A program made the position numbers and the translations under genes. 51,341 nt of DNA from Clostridia bacterium (GTDB lineage: Bacteria; Bacillota; Clostridia; TANB77; CAG-508). The notes under the pieces were generated by a model. The model was not told where the DNA came from, made no database searches, and saw only the letters and a program-made list of their open reading frames with translations. Numbering within the stretch: the first letter of the stretch is position 1; each line of letters opens with the position of its first letter. The DNA lies in NCBI GenBank assembly GCA_045602065.1, contig JAZSAX010000094.1, forward strand, positions 1-51,341, written 5' to 3'. Below are positions 25,213 to 36,572 of this stretch, one piece after another.

Positions 25213-26402
25213 TGAGTATAAGAGAAAGATTAAGTGGAAATGAAGCAACAGCAATTGCGATGAAACAAATAAATCCAGATGTTGTAGCAGCATTTCCAAT
25301 AACACCATCAACAGAAATACCACAATATTTTTCAACATTTGTTGCTAATGGAGATGTTGATACAGAATTCGTAGCAGTAGAAAGTGAACATAGTGCAATG
25401 TCAGCAACAATAGGAGCGTCTGCTGCAGGAGGAAGAGCTATGACAGCTACATCTGCAAATGGATTATCACTAATGTGGGAAATGATTTATATTGCATCAA
25501 GTTTACGTTTACCAATAGTTATGGCACTAGTAAACAGAGCTGTATCAGGACCATTAAACATCCACAATGACCACTCAGATGCAATGGGAGTTAGAGATGC
25601 AGGGTGGATAATGTTATTTTCAGAAAATAATCAAGAAGCATATGATAATATGTTAATGGCACATAGAATAGCAGAACATAAAGAGGTATTATTACCAGTA
25701 ATGGTATGTCAAGATGGATTTATAACATCACATTCAATTGAAAATATTGAATTAGAAAACGACGAAGATGTAAAAAAATTCGTTGGAGAATATAAGCCGG
25801 AACATTACTTATTAAATGCAGATGAACCGATAGCAGTTGGTCCATTAGATTTACAAGGATATTTATTCGAACATAAAGCTCAACAAGCAGATGCAATGAG
25901 AGCTGCTAAAAATGTAATAAAAGAAGTATCAGCAGAATTTGAGAAATGGACAGGAAGAAAATATGATTTCTTCGAAGAATACAGATTAGATGATGCAGAA
26001 GTTGCAATAGTTTGTATGAACTCAACAGCAGGAACAACAAAAGCCGTTGTAGATGATTTAAGAGAAAAAGGAGTAAAAGCAGGATTACTAAAAGTAAGAA
26101 TGTATAGACCATTCCCAGCAGAAGAAATTGCAGAAGCTTTATCACACCTAAAAGCAGTTGCAGTTTTAGATAAATCAGATTCTCTAAATGCAGCAGGTGG
26201 AGCGTTATTTGAAGATGTTACATCAGCAATGTATGTAAATGAAAGATATGTACCAATGGTAAATTACGTATATGGAATTGGTGGAAGAGATACAACAGAA
26301 AAACAACTAGAATCAGTATTTTTAGATTTAGTAGAAATTGCTCAAGTCGGAAAAGCTGACAATATATATAGATACTTAGGACTAAGAAAGGGGGAAAACT
26401 AA
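25212..26402 (+). CDS. porA: 2-oxoacid:ferredoxin oxidoreductase, alpha subunit
   Basis: LSGNEATAIAMKQINPDVVAAFPITPSTEI...ESEHSAMSA is typical alpha subunit sequence. The start is set at ATG 25212, overlapping the porD stop. The track's extension from 25146 overlaps porD. Confidence 0.92.
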   Translation: MSIRERLSGNEATAIAMKQINPDVVAAFPITPSTEIPQYFSTFVANGDVDTEFVAVESEHSAMSATIGASAAGGRAMTATSANGLSLMWEMIYIASSLRLPIVMALVNRAVSGPLNIHNDHSDAMGVRDAGWIMLFSENNQEAYDNMLMAHRIAEHKEVLLPVMVCQDGFITSHSIENIELENDEDVKKFVGEYKPEHYLLNADEPIAVGPLDLQGYLFEHKAQQADAMRAAKNVIKEVSAEFEKWTGRKYDFFEEYRLDDAEVAIVCMNSTAGTTKAVVDDLREKGVKAGLLKVRMYRPFPAEEIAEALSHLKAVAVLDKSDSLNAAGGALFEDVTSAMYVNERYVPMVNYVYGIGGRDTTEKQLESVFLDLVEIAQVGKADNIYRYLGLRKGEN

Positions 26403-26403
26403 T

Positions 26404-27357
26404 ATGGCATACGATTTAAAAGATGTAGTGGCAAATAAGCCATCAAGATTTACAGAAGGACACAGAATGTGTGCAGGTTGTGGAGCCCCAGTAGTTGGAA
26501 GAATGATAATGTGAGCATTAAAACCAGAAGACCATGCAGTTGTAACAAATGCAACAGGATGTATGGAAGTTTCTACATTTATATATCCATATACAGCATG
26601 GACAGACTCATTTATACACACAGCATTTGAATGTGCTGGTGCAACAGCTTCAGGAACAGAAGCTGCATATAAAGCAATGAAAAGACAAGGTAAACTACCA
26701 GCAGATAAAGATACAAAATTCATAGCATTTGGTGGAGACGGAGGAACTTATGATATAGGTTTACAAAGTTTATCAGGTGCAATGGAAAGAGGTCATGACA
26801 TGGTGTATGTATGTTATGACAATGGTGCATACATGAACACAGGAATTCAACGTTCATCAGCAACACCACAATTTGCAGATACAACAACATCACCAGCTGG
26901 AAAAGTTATCCCAGGAAAAATGCAACCAAGAAAAGATTTAGCAAAAATAATGGTAGGACATCATATACCATATGTTGCTCAAACACTTGCAATGACAAAT
27001 TTCAAAGATTTATATGAAAAATCAGAAAAAGCATTTTACACACAAGGAGCAGCATTCTTAAATGTATTAGCTCCATGTCCAAGAGGATGGGGATATCCAA
27101 CAGAAGATTTAATGAAAATTAACAAGTTAGCAGCAGACACATGTTACTGGCCATTATATGAAGTGGTAGATGGAAAATATAAAATAACATATAAACCAGC
27201 TAAAAAACTTCCTATTGAAGAATTCTTACGTCCACAAAAACGCTTTAGACATATGTTTAAAGAAGGTAATGAATGGATGATTGAAGAATTTCAAAAAGAA
27301 GTTGATGCTAGATGGCAAGAACTTTTAGATTTAGAAGAAATAACAAACAGAGAATAA
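26404..27357 (+). CDS. porB: 2-oxoacid:ferredoxin oxidoreductase, beta subunit (TPP-binding), interrupted by one in-frame TGA at 26512-26514
   Basis: ATG 26404 lies 1 nt after the porA stop. It encodes MAYDLKDVVANKPSRFTEGHRMCAGCGAPVVGRMIM, then TGA. The same frame continues ALKPEDHAVVTNATGCMEVSTF... into the track ORF 26563-27357 (GGDGGTYDIG TPP motif). The conserved N-terminal CxxC cluster ligands lie upstream of the stop. Confidence 0.8.
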
Positions 27358-27362
27358 TTTTG

Positions 27363-27389
27363 AAAAAAGAGGGTCTGTCCCTCTTTTTT
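27363..27389 (+). terminator. Intrinsic terminator after porB
   Basis: AAAAAAGAGGG-TCTGT-CCCTCTTTTTT. Confidence 0.75.
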
Positions 27390-27403
27390 CGAAGGAGGAG
27401 AAA

Positions 27404-27910
27404 ATGAAACTAAACATAGTAATGGTAGAGCCAGAAATACCACAAAATACAGGAAATATAGCAAGAACGTGTGCAATAATAGGTGCAAAATTACATTTAA
27501 TACATCCGTTAGGTTTTAAAATAGATGACAAATCAATAAAAAGAGCTGGTTTGGATTATTGGGACAAAGTTGAAATTGAAGAACATGATAGTCTTCAAAA
27601 ATTTCTAGAAAAGCACAAACCAGAAGAGAATAATATGTTTTTTTCCACAACAAAAGCACAACACTGTTATGCAGATGTTGATTATAGCAAATTTAAAGAT
27701 GAAGATGTATTCATTTTATTTGGTAAGGAGACTAAAGGATTACCAGAAGATTTATTGCAAAAATATATAGATAAAACAATAAGAATTCCTATGAGACCTG
27801 TTTTAAGATCATTAAATTTATCAAATTCAGTATGTGTAATAGCTTATGAAATATTAAGACAAGTTAATTTTGAGGGGCTTGAAGGAGAAAGTCAATACTT
27901 TGAAAACTAA
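27404..27910 (+). CDS. trmL: tRNA (cytidine/uridine-2'-O-)-methyltransferase TrmL (SpoU/TrmH family)
   Basis: MKLNIVMVEPEIPQNTGNIARTCA...LHLIHPLGF...KRAGLDYW...SLNLSNSV. Confidence 0.88.
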   Translation: MKLNIVMVEPEIPQNTGNIARTCAIIGAKLHLIHPLGFKIDDKSIKRAGLDYWDKVEIEEHDSLQKFLEKHKPEENNMFFSTTKAQHCYADVDYSKFKDEDVFILFGKETKGLPEDLLQKYIDKTIRIPMRPVLRSLNLSNSVCVIAYEILRQVNFEGLEGESQYFEN

Positions 27911-27932
27911 ATAAAAAAGTTTATACAAAATG

Positions 27933-28065
27933 TTGACAAATATTGATAAATATGGTAAAATTGATAACTGTAATCCGCTTAGTCAAGGTAACTAAAAGTT
28001 ATGAAATATTTAACTGCCTTAATTTAAGGATTAGCGAGTATACAAATAAGGGAGGTGCATTTTAA
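27933..28065 (+). promoter_or_regulatory. Promoter plus about 100-nt structured leader of rplU (possible L21-type ribosomal protein leader)
   Basis: TTGACA (27933-38), a 17-nt spacer, TGgTAAAAT (-10 at 27956-61). In the leader, TAATCCGCTTAG can pair with TAAGGATTAGCGAG. The leader class is assigned from memory of Firmicute L21 leaders and is not verified. Confidence 0.35.
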
Positions 28066-28431
28066 ATGTACGCAGTAATTGAAAGTTGTGGAAAACAATA
28101 CAAAGTAGCACAAGGAGATGTAGTATTTTTCGAAAAACTAGATGTTGAAGAAGGAAAAAAAGTTTCTTTTGACAAAGTTATTTTAGTATCTGATGATGGA
28201 AAAGTACAAGTTGGAAATCCTTATGTTAAAGGTGTAAAAGTTGAAGGTAAAGTTGTTTCTCACGGAAAAGGTAAAAAAATCATAGTTTTCAAAATGAAAG
28301 CTAAGAAAAACGAGAGAACAAAACAAGGACACAGACAACCATACACTAAAGTTGAAATCACAGGAATAAAAACAGCAGCTAAAAAAGCAGCAGCTGAAAA
28401 AACTGAAACAGCTGAAAAAGTTGAAGCTTAA
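28066..28431 (+). CDS. rplU: 50S ribosomal protein L21 with a K/A/E-rich C-terminal tail
   Basis: [25 protein letters not shown]...[11 protein letters not shown]. Confidence 0.95.
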   Translation: MYAVIESCGKQYKVAQGDVVFFEKLDVEEGKKVSFDKVILVSDDGKVQVGNPYVKGVKVEGKVVSHGKGKKIIVFKMKAKKNERTKQGHRQPYTKVEITGIKTAAKKAAAEKTETAEKVEA

Positions 28432-28521
28432 TTCAGCAAAATTAATTAGATTTTAATTGAGAAAATATAACATGGTCGGTGAAGAGCACAGACTAGATTA
28501 GAACCGAAAGGAGTGAGAAGC

Positions 28522-28788
28522 ATGGCACATAAGAAAGGGCAAGGTAGTATTAAGAACGGTAGAGACAGTGAATCTAAACGTCTTGGTGTCAAAAGAGCTG
28601 ATGGTCAATTTGTACTAGCTGGAAATATCTTAGTTAGACAAAGAGGAACTAATGTACATCCAGGAACTAATGTTGGAATAGGTAAAGATGATACATTATT
28701 TGCATTAGTAGATGGTACAGTTAAATTTGAAAGAAAAGGTAGAGACAAAAAACAAGTAAGTGTTTACCCAGTTGAAGAAAATGTATAA
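28522..28788 (+). CDS. rpmA: 50S ribosomal protein L27 (no N-terminal propeptide)
   Basis: [34 protein letters not shown] lies 8 nt upstream of ATG 28522. The track start at GTG 28513 overlaps the RBS. Confidence 0.93.
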   Translation: MAHKKGQGSIKNGRDSESKRLGVKRADGQFVLAGNILVRQRGTNVHPGTNVGIGKDDTLFALVDGTVKFERKGRDKKQVSVYPVEENV

Positions 28789-28856
28789 ATTATAAAGAGA
28801 ATCACGTTTTAGGACGTGATTTTTTTATGATAAAATCAAAAAAATAAGTAAAACAC

Positions 28857-28884
28857 TTGAAAAAAAAAAAAAATATGTTATAAT
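28857..28884 (+). promoter_or_regulatory. Promoter of the T-box/DUF1653/ileS operon, with an A14 homopolymer spanning the 3' end of the -35 hexamer and most of the spacer
   Basis: TTGAAA (28857-62), a 16-nt spacer, TGtTATAAT (-10 at 28879-84). The A-run covers 28860-28873. Confidence 0.55.
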
Positions 28885-28891
28885 AATAGAC

Positions 28892-29170
28892 ATAAATATA
28901 AAAAACAATAACAAGGACACGACAAATAATAAAATATCTTAAGAGAGAATCAAACAAATGGTGTGAGTTTGAAAGTAAAAATTATTTGTTATCACCTAAG
29001 TTAAGTTGCAGAGCTGAACATATATCAAAAAGTAGGTTTTGCCGTAAATCTGCGTTAAAGATAAACAAGAGAGTATTAATAAAGTACTAAAATAGGTGGT
29101 ACCGCGGAATAGAGTCATTTCGTCCTAATATGCTATCCGGCATATTTTGATGAGATGGCTTTTTTGTTTT
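28892..29170 (+). promoter_or_regulatory. T-box leader riboswitch, isoleucine specifier (AUC)
   Basis: The AGAGA and GGTGTGA stem I elements are present. The specifier is ATC followed by A at 28991-28994. The T-box sequence AATAGGTGGTACCGCGG lies at 29091-29107. A terminator follows: AGTCATTTCGTC ... GATGAGATGGCT plus TTTTTTG (about 29112-29170). Confidence 0.85.
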
Positions 29171-29190
29171 GAAAAAAGGAGGTTTTAAAA

Positions 29191-29436
29191 ATGCAAGAAC
29201 TAAAAATTAAGGGGATTTACAAACATTTCAAAGGAGATTATTACTTAGTTGAAGACATAGTAAAATATTCAGAAACAAAAGAGGAAATGGTATTATACAG
29301 ACAATTATATGGAGATTGTACATTATGGGTTAGACCAAAAGAAATGTTTTTATCAGAAGTAGATCACGAAAAATATCCAAATGTAACACAAAAATATAGA
29401 TTTGAGTTACAAAACATAGAAAGTGTAAACAAATAA
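29191..29436 (+). CDS. DUF1653-family protein
   Basis: [43 protein letters not shown] matches the DUF1653 pattern as I recall it (Y+H.KG..Y.V...A.HSET.E..V.Y..LY....WVRP..MF). Confidence 0.8.
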   Translation: MQELKIKGIYKHFKGDYYLVEDIVKYSETKEEMVLYRQLYGDCTLWVRPKEMFLSEVDHEKYPNVTQKYRFELQNIESVNK

Positions 29437-29451
29437 AAAGGAGGAATATAT

Positions 29452-32400
29452 ATGTACAAAAAAGTTGAATTGAAAAACGGATTTGTAGGAATGGAAAGAG
29501 AAGTTGCAGAAATGTGGAAGAAAAAAGACATCATCAAAAAGAACTTTGATATGAACAAAGGTCAAAGATATTTCACATTTTATGATGGACCACCAACTGC
29601 AAATGGAAAGCCACACGTTGGGCATATCGAAACAAGGGTAATGAAAGATATTATCCCAAGATATAAAGTAATGAAAGGTTATCATGTTGATAGAAAAGCT
29701 GGATGGGACACACATGGATTACCTGTTGAGCTAGAAATAGAGAAAAAATTAGGAATATCAGGGAAAGAACAAATTGAAGCATATGGTGTAGAAAAGTTCG
29801 TAAAACAATGTAAAGAAAGTGTATTCACATATGTAAAAATGTGGGAAGAAATGACTAACAAAGTAGGGTTCTGGGTAGATATGGACCATCCATATGTAAC
29901 ATATCATAATAATTATATTGAATCAGTATGGTGGGCTTTAAAAGAAATGTGGAAAAAAGGCTTGCTATATGAAGGCCATAAAGTAATGCCATATTGCCCA
30001 AGATGTGGAACAGCATTATCATCACATGAAGTTGCACAAGGTTATAAAGATGTAAAAGACATGACATGTACTGCAAAATTCAAAGTTGTAGGCAAAGAAA
30101 ATACATACATCTTAGCTTGGACAACAACACCATGGACATTACCATCAAACCTAGCTCTATGTATTAACAAATCATATACATATGTTGAAGTAAAAGCAAA
30201 TATTGGAACAGATGATGAACCAAAATATGAAAACTATATTTTAGCTAAAGATTTATTAACAAATGTGTTAAAAGAAACACCATATGAAATTGTAAAAGAA
30301 TTCAAAGGTGCAGAGCTTCTAGGAACAAAATATGAACAATTAATGCCATTTGCAAAAGTTGATGGAAAAGCATTTGAAGTAATTCATGGAGACTATGTAA
30401 CATTAGAAGATGGTACAGGAATTGTACACATTGCACCAGCATATGGTGAAGATGACAGTTTAGTTTCAAAACAAAATGGAATTACATTTGTAAATTTAGT
30501 AGATAAAGCAGGAAAATTTGTTGAAGAAGTAGAACCTTGGGCAGGAAGATTTGTAAGAGATTGTAATGAAGATATATGCAAATGGATGGCAGAACAAAAC
30601 AAATTATTCTCTAAAGAGAAACATTTACACTCATATCCACATTGTTGGAGATGTGACACACCACTTCTATATTATCCAAAAGAGAGCTGGTTTGTTGCAA
30701 TGACAAAATTAAGAGACAGATTAGTAGAAAACAATAATACAATCAAATGGTATCCTGACACAATCAGAACAGGAAGGTTTGGAAAATTCCTTGAAAATGT
30801 AATAGACTGGGGAATATCAAGAGACAGATATTGGGGAACACCATTACCTGTATGGAAATGTGAATGTGGTCATGAAGAATGTATAGGTTCAATAGCAGAG
30901 TTAAAAGAAAAAGCTATAGATTGTCCAGAAGAAATTGAATTACATAAACCATATATAGACAATGTTCACTTAAAGTGCTCAAAATGTGGAAAAGAAATGG
31001 AAAGATTCAAAGAAGTAATAGATTGCTGGTTTGACTCAGGTTCAATGCCATTTGCACAATTACACTATCCATTTGAAAATAAAGAATTATTTGAAAAGAA
31101 TTTCCCAGCACAATTCATATCTGAAGCAATTGATCAAACAAGAGGATGGTTTTACACATTACTTGCAATATCAACATGTTTATTTGATAAATCATCATAT
31201 GAAAACTGTATAGTTTTAGGACACGTTTTAGACGAAAAAGGACAAAAAATGTCTAAATCAAAAGGAAATGGTGTAGACCCAATGATGCTATTAGATGAAG
31301 TGGGAGCAGATGCTACAAGATGGCATTTCTATACATGTAGTGCACCATGGTTACCAACAAGACTTGGACTAAATAATGTACAAGAAACACAAAGAGGATT
31401 TTTAAGTACATTGTGGAATGTATATTCATTCTATGTTTTATATGCAGAAATAGATCAATTCAATCCAAATAAATATGCAGACTTCAAGTCAAATAATATA
31501 ATGGATAAATGGATATTATCTAAACTTAATACATTAACAAAAGAAGTTGATGAAAAATTAGAAAAATATGATATCACAGGAGCAGCAATTCAAATAGGAG
31601 AATTCACAGATGAACTTTCAAATTGGTATGTACGTACAAATAGAGAAAGATTCTGGGGAGAAGAATTAACTGATGATAAAATCGGTGCATATACAACATT
31701 ATATAGAGTACTTACAAACTTAGTAAAAATTGCAGCACCATTTGTACCATTTATGGCTGATGAAATCTATCAAAACTTAGTAGTAAGCTTAGATGAAAAA
31801 GCTCCAAAAAGTGTACATTTATGCTTATGGCCAGAAGTTAATGAAAGTGAAATAGACAAAAAATTAGAAAATGAAATGGGATTAGCATATTCAATAGTAA
31901 AACTTGGAAGAAGTGCAAGAAATGCTTCAAATATGAAAAACAGACAACCACTTTCAAAAATGTTAATATCAGCAGATGCACTACCTGAATACTATGGAAA
32001 CATTGTAAAAGAAGAATTAAATGTTAAAGAAGTAGAATTAGGTGCAAATATGTCTGAATATGTTCATTTTGAAATAAAACCAAACTTACCAGTTCTAGGA
32101 AAAGAATATGGAAAACTGATTCCACAAATAAGAGCAGCAATAGCTAACTTAAATCAAATGGATTTAGCAAATAAAGTTAAAAATGGTGGAACAGAATATA
32201 TAGAAATAGATGACACTCAAATAGCTTTAACTGCAGAAAATTTACTTGTAACAATGCAAGGAAAAGAAGGATTTGCATTTGCTGGAGAAGGCGAAATTGG
32301 TGTAGTACTAGATACAACAATAACACCAGAACTAAAAGAAGAAGGATATGTAAGAGAAATTTTATCTAAAGTTCAAAACATGAGAAAAGATAAAGGATTT

Positions 32401-32589
32401 GAAGTATTAGATAAAATCAACTTATATGTTGCAGAAAATTCAATCCTAGAAGCAGTTGTTAAAAAATATGAAAATGAAATAATGAAAGAAACTTTAACTA
32501 AAAATGTGTTATATAATGAAAAAAGAGATTCTTATACAGAAGTTAGTATAAATGGAGAAAAATTAATGCTTGATGTTGAAGTAATGTAA
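29452..32589 (+). CDS. ileS: Isoleucine--tRNA ligase (type 2, 1045 aa)
   Basis: The HIGH-type motif [12 protein letters not shown] and the KMSKS motif are present, along with a CP1 editing domain and zinc-binding cysteines (CPRCG, CWRCDTP, CECG, CSKCG). Confidence 0.96.
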   Translation: MYKKVELKNGFVGMEREVAEMWKKKDIIKKNFDMNKGQRYFTFYDGPPTANGKPHVGHIETRVMKDIIPRYKVMKGYHVDRKAGWDTHGLPVELEIEKKLGISGKEQIEAYGVEKFVKQCKESVFTYVKMWEEMTNKVGFWVDMDHPYVTYHNNYIESVWWALKEMWKKGLLYEGHKVMPYCPRCGTALSSHEVAQGYKDVKDMTCTAKFKVVGKENTYILAWTTTPWTLPSNLALCINKSYTYVEVKANIGTDDEPKYENYILAKDLLTNVLKETPYEIVKEFKGAELLGTKYEQLMPFAKVDGKAFEVIHGDYVTLEDGTGIVHIAPAYGEDDSLVSKQNGITFVNLVDKAGKFVEEVEPWAGRFVRDCNEDICKWMAEQNKLFSKEKHLHSYPHCWRCDTPLLYYPKESWFVAMTKLRDRLVENNNTIKWYPDTIRTGRFGKFLENVIDWGISRDRYWGTPLPVWKCECGHEECIGSIAELKEKAIDCPEEIELHKPYIDNVHLKCSKCGKEMERFKEVIDCWFDSGSMPFAQLHYPFENKELFEKNFPAQFISEAIDQTRGWFYTLLAISTCLFDKSSYENCIVLGHVLDEKGQKMSKSKGNGVDPMMLLDEVGADATRWHFYTCSAPWLPTRLGLNNVQETQRGFLSTLWNVYSFYVLYAEIDQFNPNKYADFKSNNIMDKWILSKLNTLTKEVDEKLEKYDITGAAIQIGEFTDELSNWYVRTNRERFWGEELTDDKIGAYTTLYRVLTNLVKIAAPFVPFMADEIYQNLVVSLDEKAPKSVHLCLWPEVNESEIDKKLENEMGLAYSIVKLGRSARNASNMKNRQPLSKMLISADALPEYYGNIVKEELNVKEVELGANMSEYVHFEIKPNLPVLGKEYGKLIPQIRAAIANLNQMDLANKVKNGGTEYIEIDDTQIALTAENLLVTMQGKEGFAFAGEGEIGVVLDTTITPELKEEGYVREILSKVQNMRKDKGFEVLDKINLYVAENSILEAVVKKYENEIMKETLTKNVLYNEKRDSYTEVSINGEKLMLDVEVM

Positions 32590-32643
32590 ATTTGGGGACG
32601 GTCCTTTTTTTCGCGAAATTGGGGACGGTCCTTTTTTTGCCTA
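32589..32643 (-). repeat. Two tandem direct copies of the GGACCGTCCCC repeat unit (dispersed family, copy C; reverse orientation relative to copy A)
   Basis: The plus strand reads AATTTGGGGACGGTCCTTTTTTTCGCGAAATTGGGGACGGTCCTTTTTTTGCC. It lies between the ileS stop and the queA promoter (TTGCAA, 17 nt, TACAAT). Confidence 0.8.
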
Positions 32644-32713
32644 CTTTTTTGCAAAAATCTTGCAATTTTATGCAAAAAATAGTACAATATATACGTAGAA
32701 AAGAGGGAATAAA

Positions 32714-34874
<2,161 letters not shown>

Positions 34875-34885
34875 GAGGAAAAATT

Positions 34886-36220
34886 ATGGAATTGTATGAT
34901 GAAAAAATAGAGGAAAAAAAGTCAAAAGTGCCAATGATTATAGGAAGTTGTACTGTTGCACTAATACTTATAATGATATTAATTGTTATAGGGATAGTTT
35001 ATTTGAAGGGATCTGCAACAATAATAAAAATAGATGGAGCTAAAAACAATCAAATAGAAAAAATGCTTTATATAGAATCAACAGAAGAGGGATTACAGAT
35101 ATATGTTCCGATATTAAAAATAGCACCTATTTTAGGCTACCAAGGTTTTAATGGGGATTATTTAAATAAATCTGAAGATAAAACGAAATGCCATGTTGTA
35201 AGTGAAAATGAGACAGCAATGTTTACTAAGGATTCGGATACATTAATAAAAATAGCTGAAGGCTCAGAAATTGAATATATGACATTAGATAAAGCAGTAT
35301 TCGAAAAAGATGGAGAACTATATACAACAATAGATGGAATTCAAAAAGCTTTTAATATAATGATTGCACATGATGAGAAATTTAAAAACATTGATATGTT
35401 TTCAATGGATTATTTAGTTCAATATTATGCAACAAAATTAGGCTTAGAAGGAGAAACAGAGAGCCAAAAAAAATATTCAACAGAATTCACAGATAAGAAA
35501 GCAATATTTGAAGACATGATTATAATAGAAGAAAATAACAACTATGGAGTTATAAATGTAACAACAGGAGATAATGTATTAGAAGTAAAATATGAAGAAA
35601 TTGAATATTTGCCAGCAACAACAGATTTTATAGTGAAAAGTAATGGGAAATATGGTATTGTCAAAAAAGATGCAACAGTAAAAGTAAGAACAATATATGA
35701 TGATATACAAACAATGGATAATAAGAATGGACTATATCTAGTAAAGCAGAATAATTCATATGGTGTAATAAATATAAATGGTGATGTAGTTATTGCTCCA
35801 GAATATAAACAAATAGGATTGAATATTGGAAGTTATGCTCAAAATGGAGTGGATAATTCGTTTGTTTTATTAAATAAAATAATACCAATACAAAATCATG
35901 AAAATTTATGGGGGTTCTTCGATGTAAATGGAACTCAAATAAATGAATTTAAATATACTGGAGTAGGATGTAATACATCATTTGCAAGTAATTCGTATCC
36001 TGCATTAATTATACCAAGTTATGAAATGATTGTGGTACAACAGAATAAATTCTATAATATAGTAACATCTGCCGGAGAACAATTAGTGCCTGACAATACA
36101 CTAAATGCAGTATATTTAAAAACTAATGCAGAAACTGGTGAAAATCAATATTTCATGACATATAACGAAAACCAAAAAGTAATAAATGTAGAAGAATATT
36201 TAAAAAGTACAGGAAGATAA
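34886..36220 (+). CDS. Membrane-anchored WG-containing-repeat (KWG-like) protein
   Basis: It has an N-terminal TM. Repeated modules are present: NNYGVINVTTGDNVLEVKYEEI, NGKYGIVKKDATVKVRTIYDDI, NNSYGVININGDVVIAPEYKQI and NLWGFFDVNGTQINEFKYTGV. Confidence 0.7.
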   Translation: MELYDEKIEEKKSKVPMIIGSCTVALILIMILIVIGIVYLKGSATIIKIDGAKNNQIEKMLYIESTEEGLQIYVPILKIAPILGYQGFNGDYLNKSEDKTKCHVVSENETAMFTKDSDTLIKIAEGSEIEYMTLDKAVFEKDGELYTTIDGIQKAFNIMIAHDEKFKNIDMFSMDYLVQYYATKLGLEGETESQKKYSTEFTDKKAIFEDMIIIEENNNYGVINVTTGDNVLEVKYEEIEYLPATTDFIVKSNGKYGIVKKDATVKVRTIYDDIQTMDNKNGLYLVKQNNSYGVININGDVVIAPEYKQIGLNIGSYAQNGVDNSFVLLNKIIPIQNHENLWGFFDVNGTQINEFKYTGVGCNTSFASNSYPALIIPSYEMIVVQQNKFYNIVTSAGEQLVPDNTLNAVYLKTNAETGENQYFMTYNENQKVINVEEYLKSTGR

Positions 36221-36248
36221 AATATAAGAAAAAATGGAGGAATAAAAA

Positions 36249-36506
36249 ATGGCTACAAGAGATAAAAATTTGATGGTTATATTATTTATATTTGCAGGGC
36301 TAGTTATTGGAGGATTGTTAGGAGAAGTTGCAGCACAAGTTGATTGGCTTGGGTGGCTAGCATATGGGCAAACATTTGGAATTGAAAATCCTTTTGTATT
36401 AGATTTTAATGTTTTAAGTTTAACATTTGCATTTGCATTACATATAAATATAGCAAGTATAATAGGGATGGCAATAGCAATATTTTTGTATAGAAAAGCA
36501 TATTAA
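36249..36506 (+). CDS. DUF4321-family small membrane protein
   Basis: This is an 85-aa protein with two hydrophobic segments and an LGE...FG...P..LD motif. The family is assigned from memory. Confidence 0.6.
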   Translation: MATRDKNLMVILFIFAGLVIGGLLGEVAAQVDWLGWLAYGQTFGIENPFVLDFNVLSLTFAFALHINIASIIGMAIAIFLYRKAY

Positions 36507-36572
36507 ATTAATTACAAACCGGTTCTTTGCTATTGTCAAGAACCGGTTTTTTTAAAAAAAGGAGAAATAAGT

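Noticed and set aside
26512-26514. Genome-wide reassignment of TGA (code 4 or 25) as the explanation for the in-frame TGA in porB.
   Set aside because: Every other long housekeeping ORF in the window is intact under the standard code, and Trp is encoded by TGG (for example in ileS). TGA appears to terminate four genes (sigF, porG, 23341-23565 and 37645-38229), the last inside a terminator loop. A single site therefore argues for a local event, not a different code.
28432-28521. A search for a small prp/ysxB gene or other ORF between rplU and rpmA.
   Set aside because: Only a 9-codon ATG frame exists there, so no gene was called. The absence itself is reported as a finding.
32649-32690. TTGCAA/ATGCAA hexamers repeated at spacings of about 10-11 nt upstream of queA, as another phased array.
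   Set aside because: The hexamer differs from the ATGTAAT family and there are only three imperfect copies. One of them is simply the -35 of a good TTGCAA, 17 nt, TACAAT promoter. This is probably a chance effect in A/T-rich DNA.
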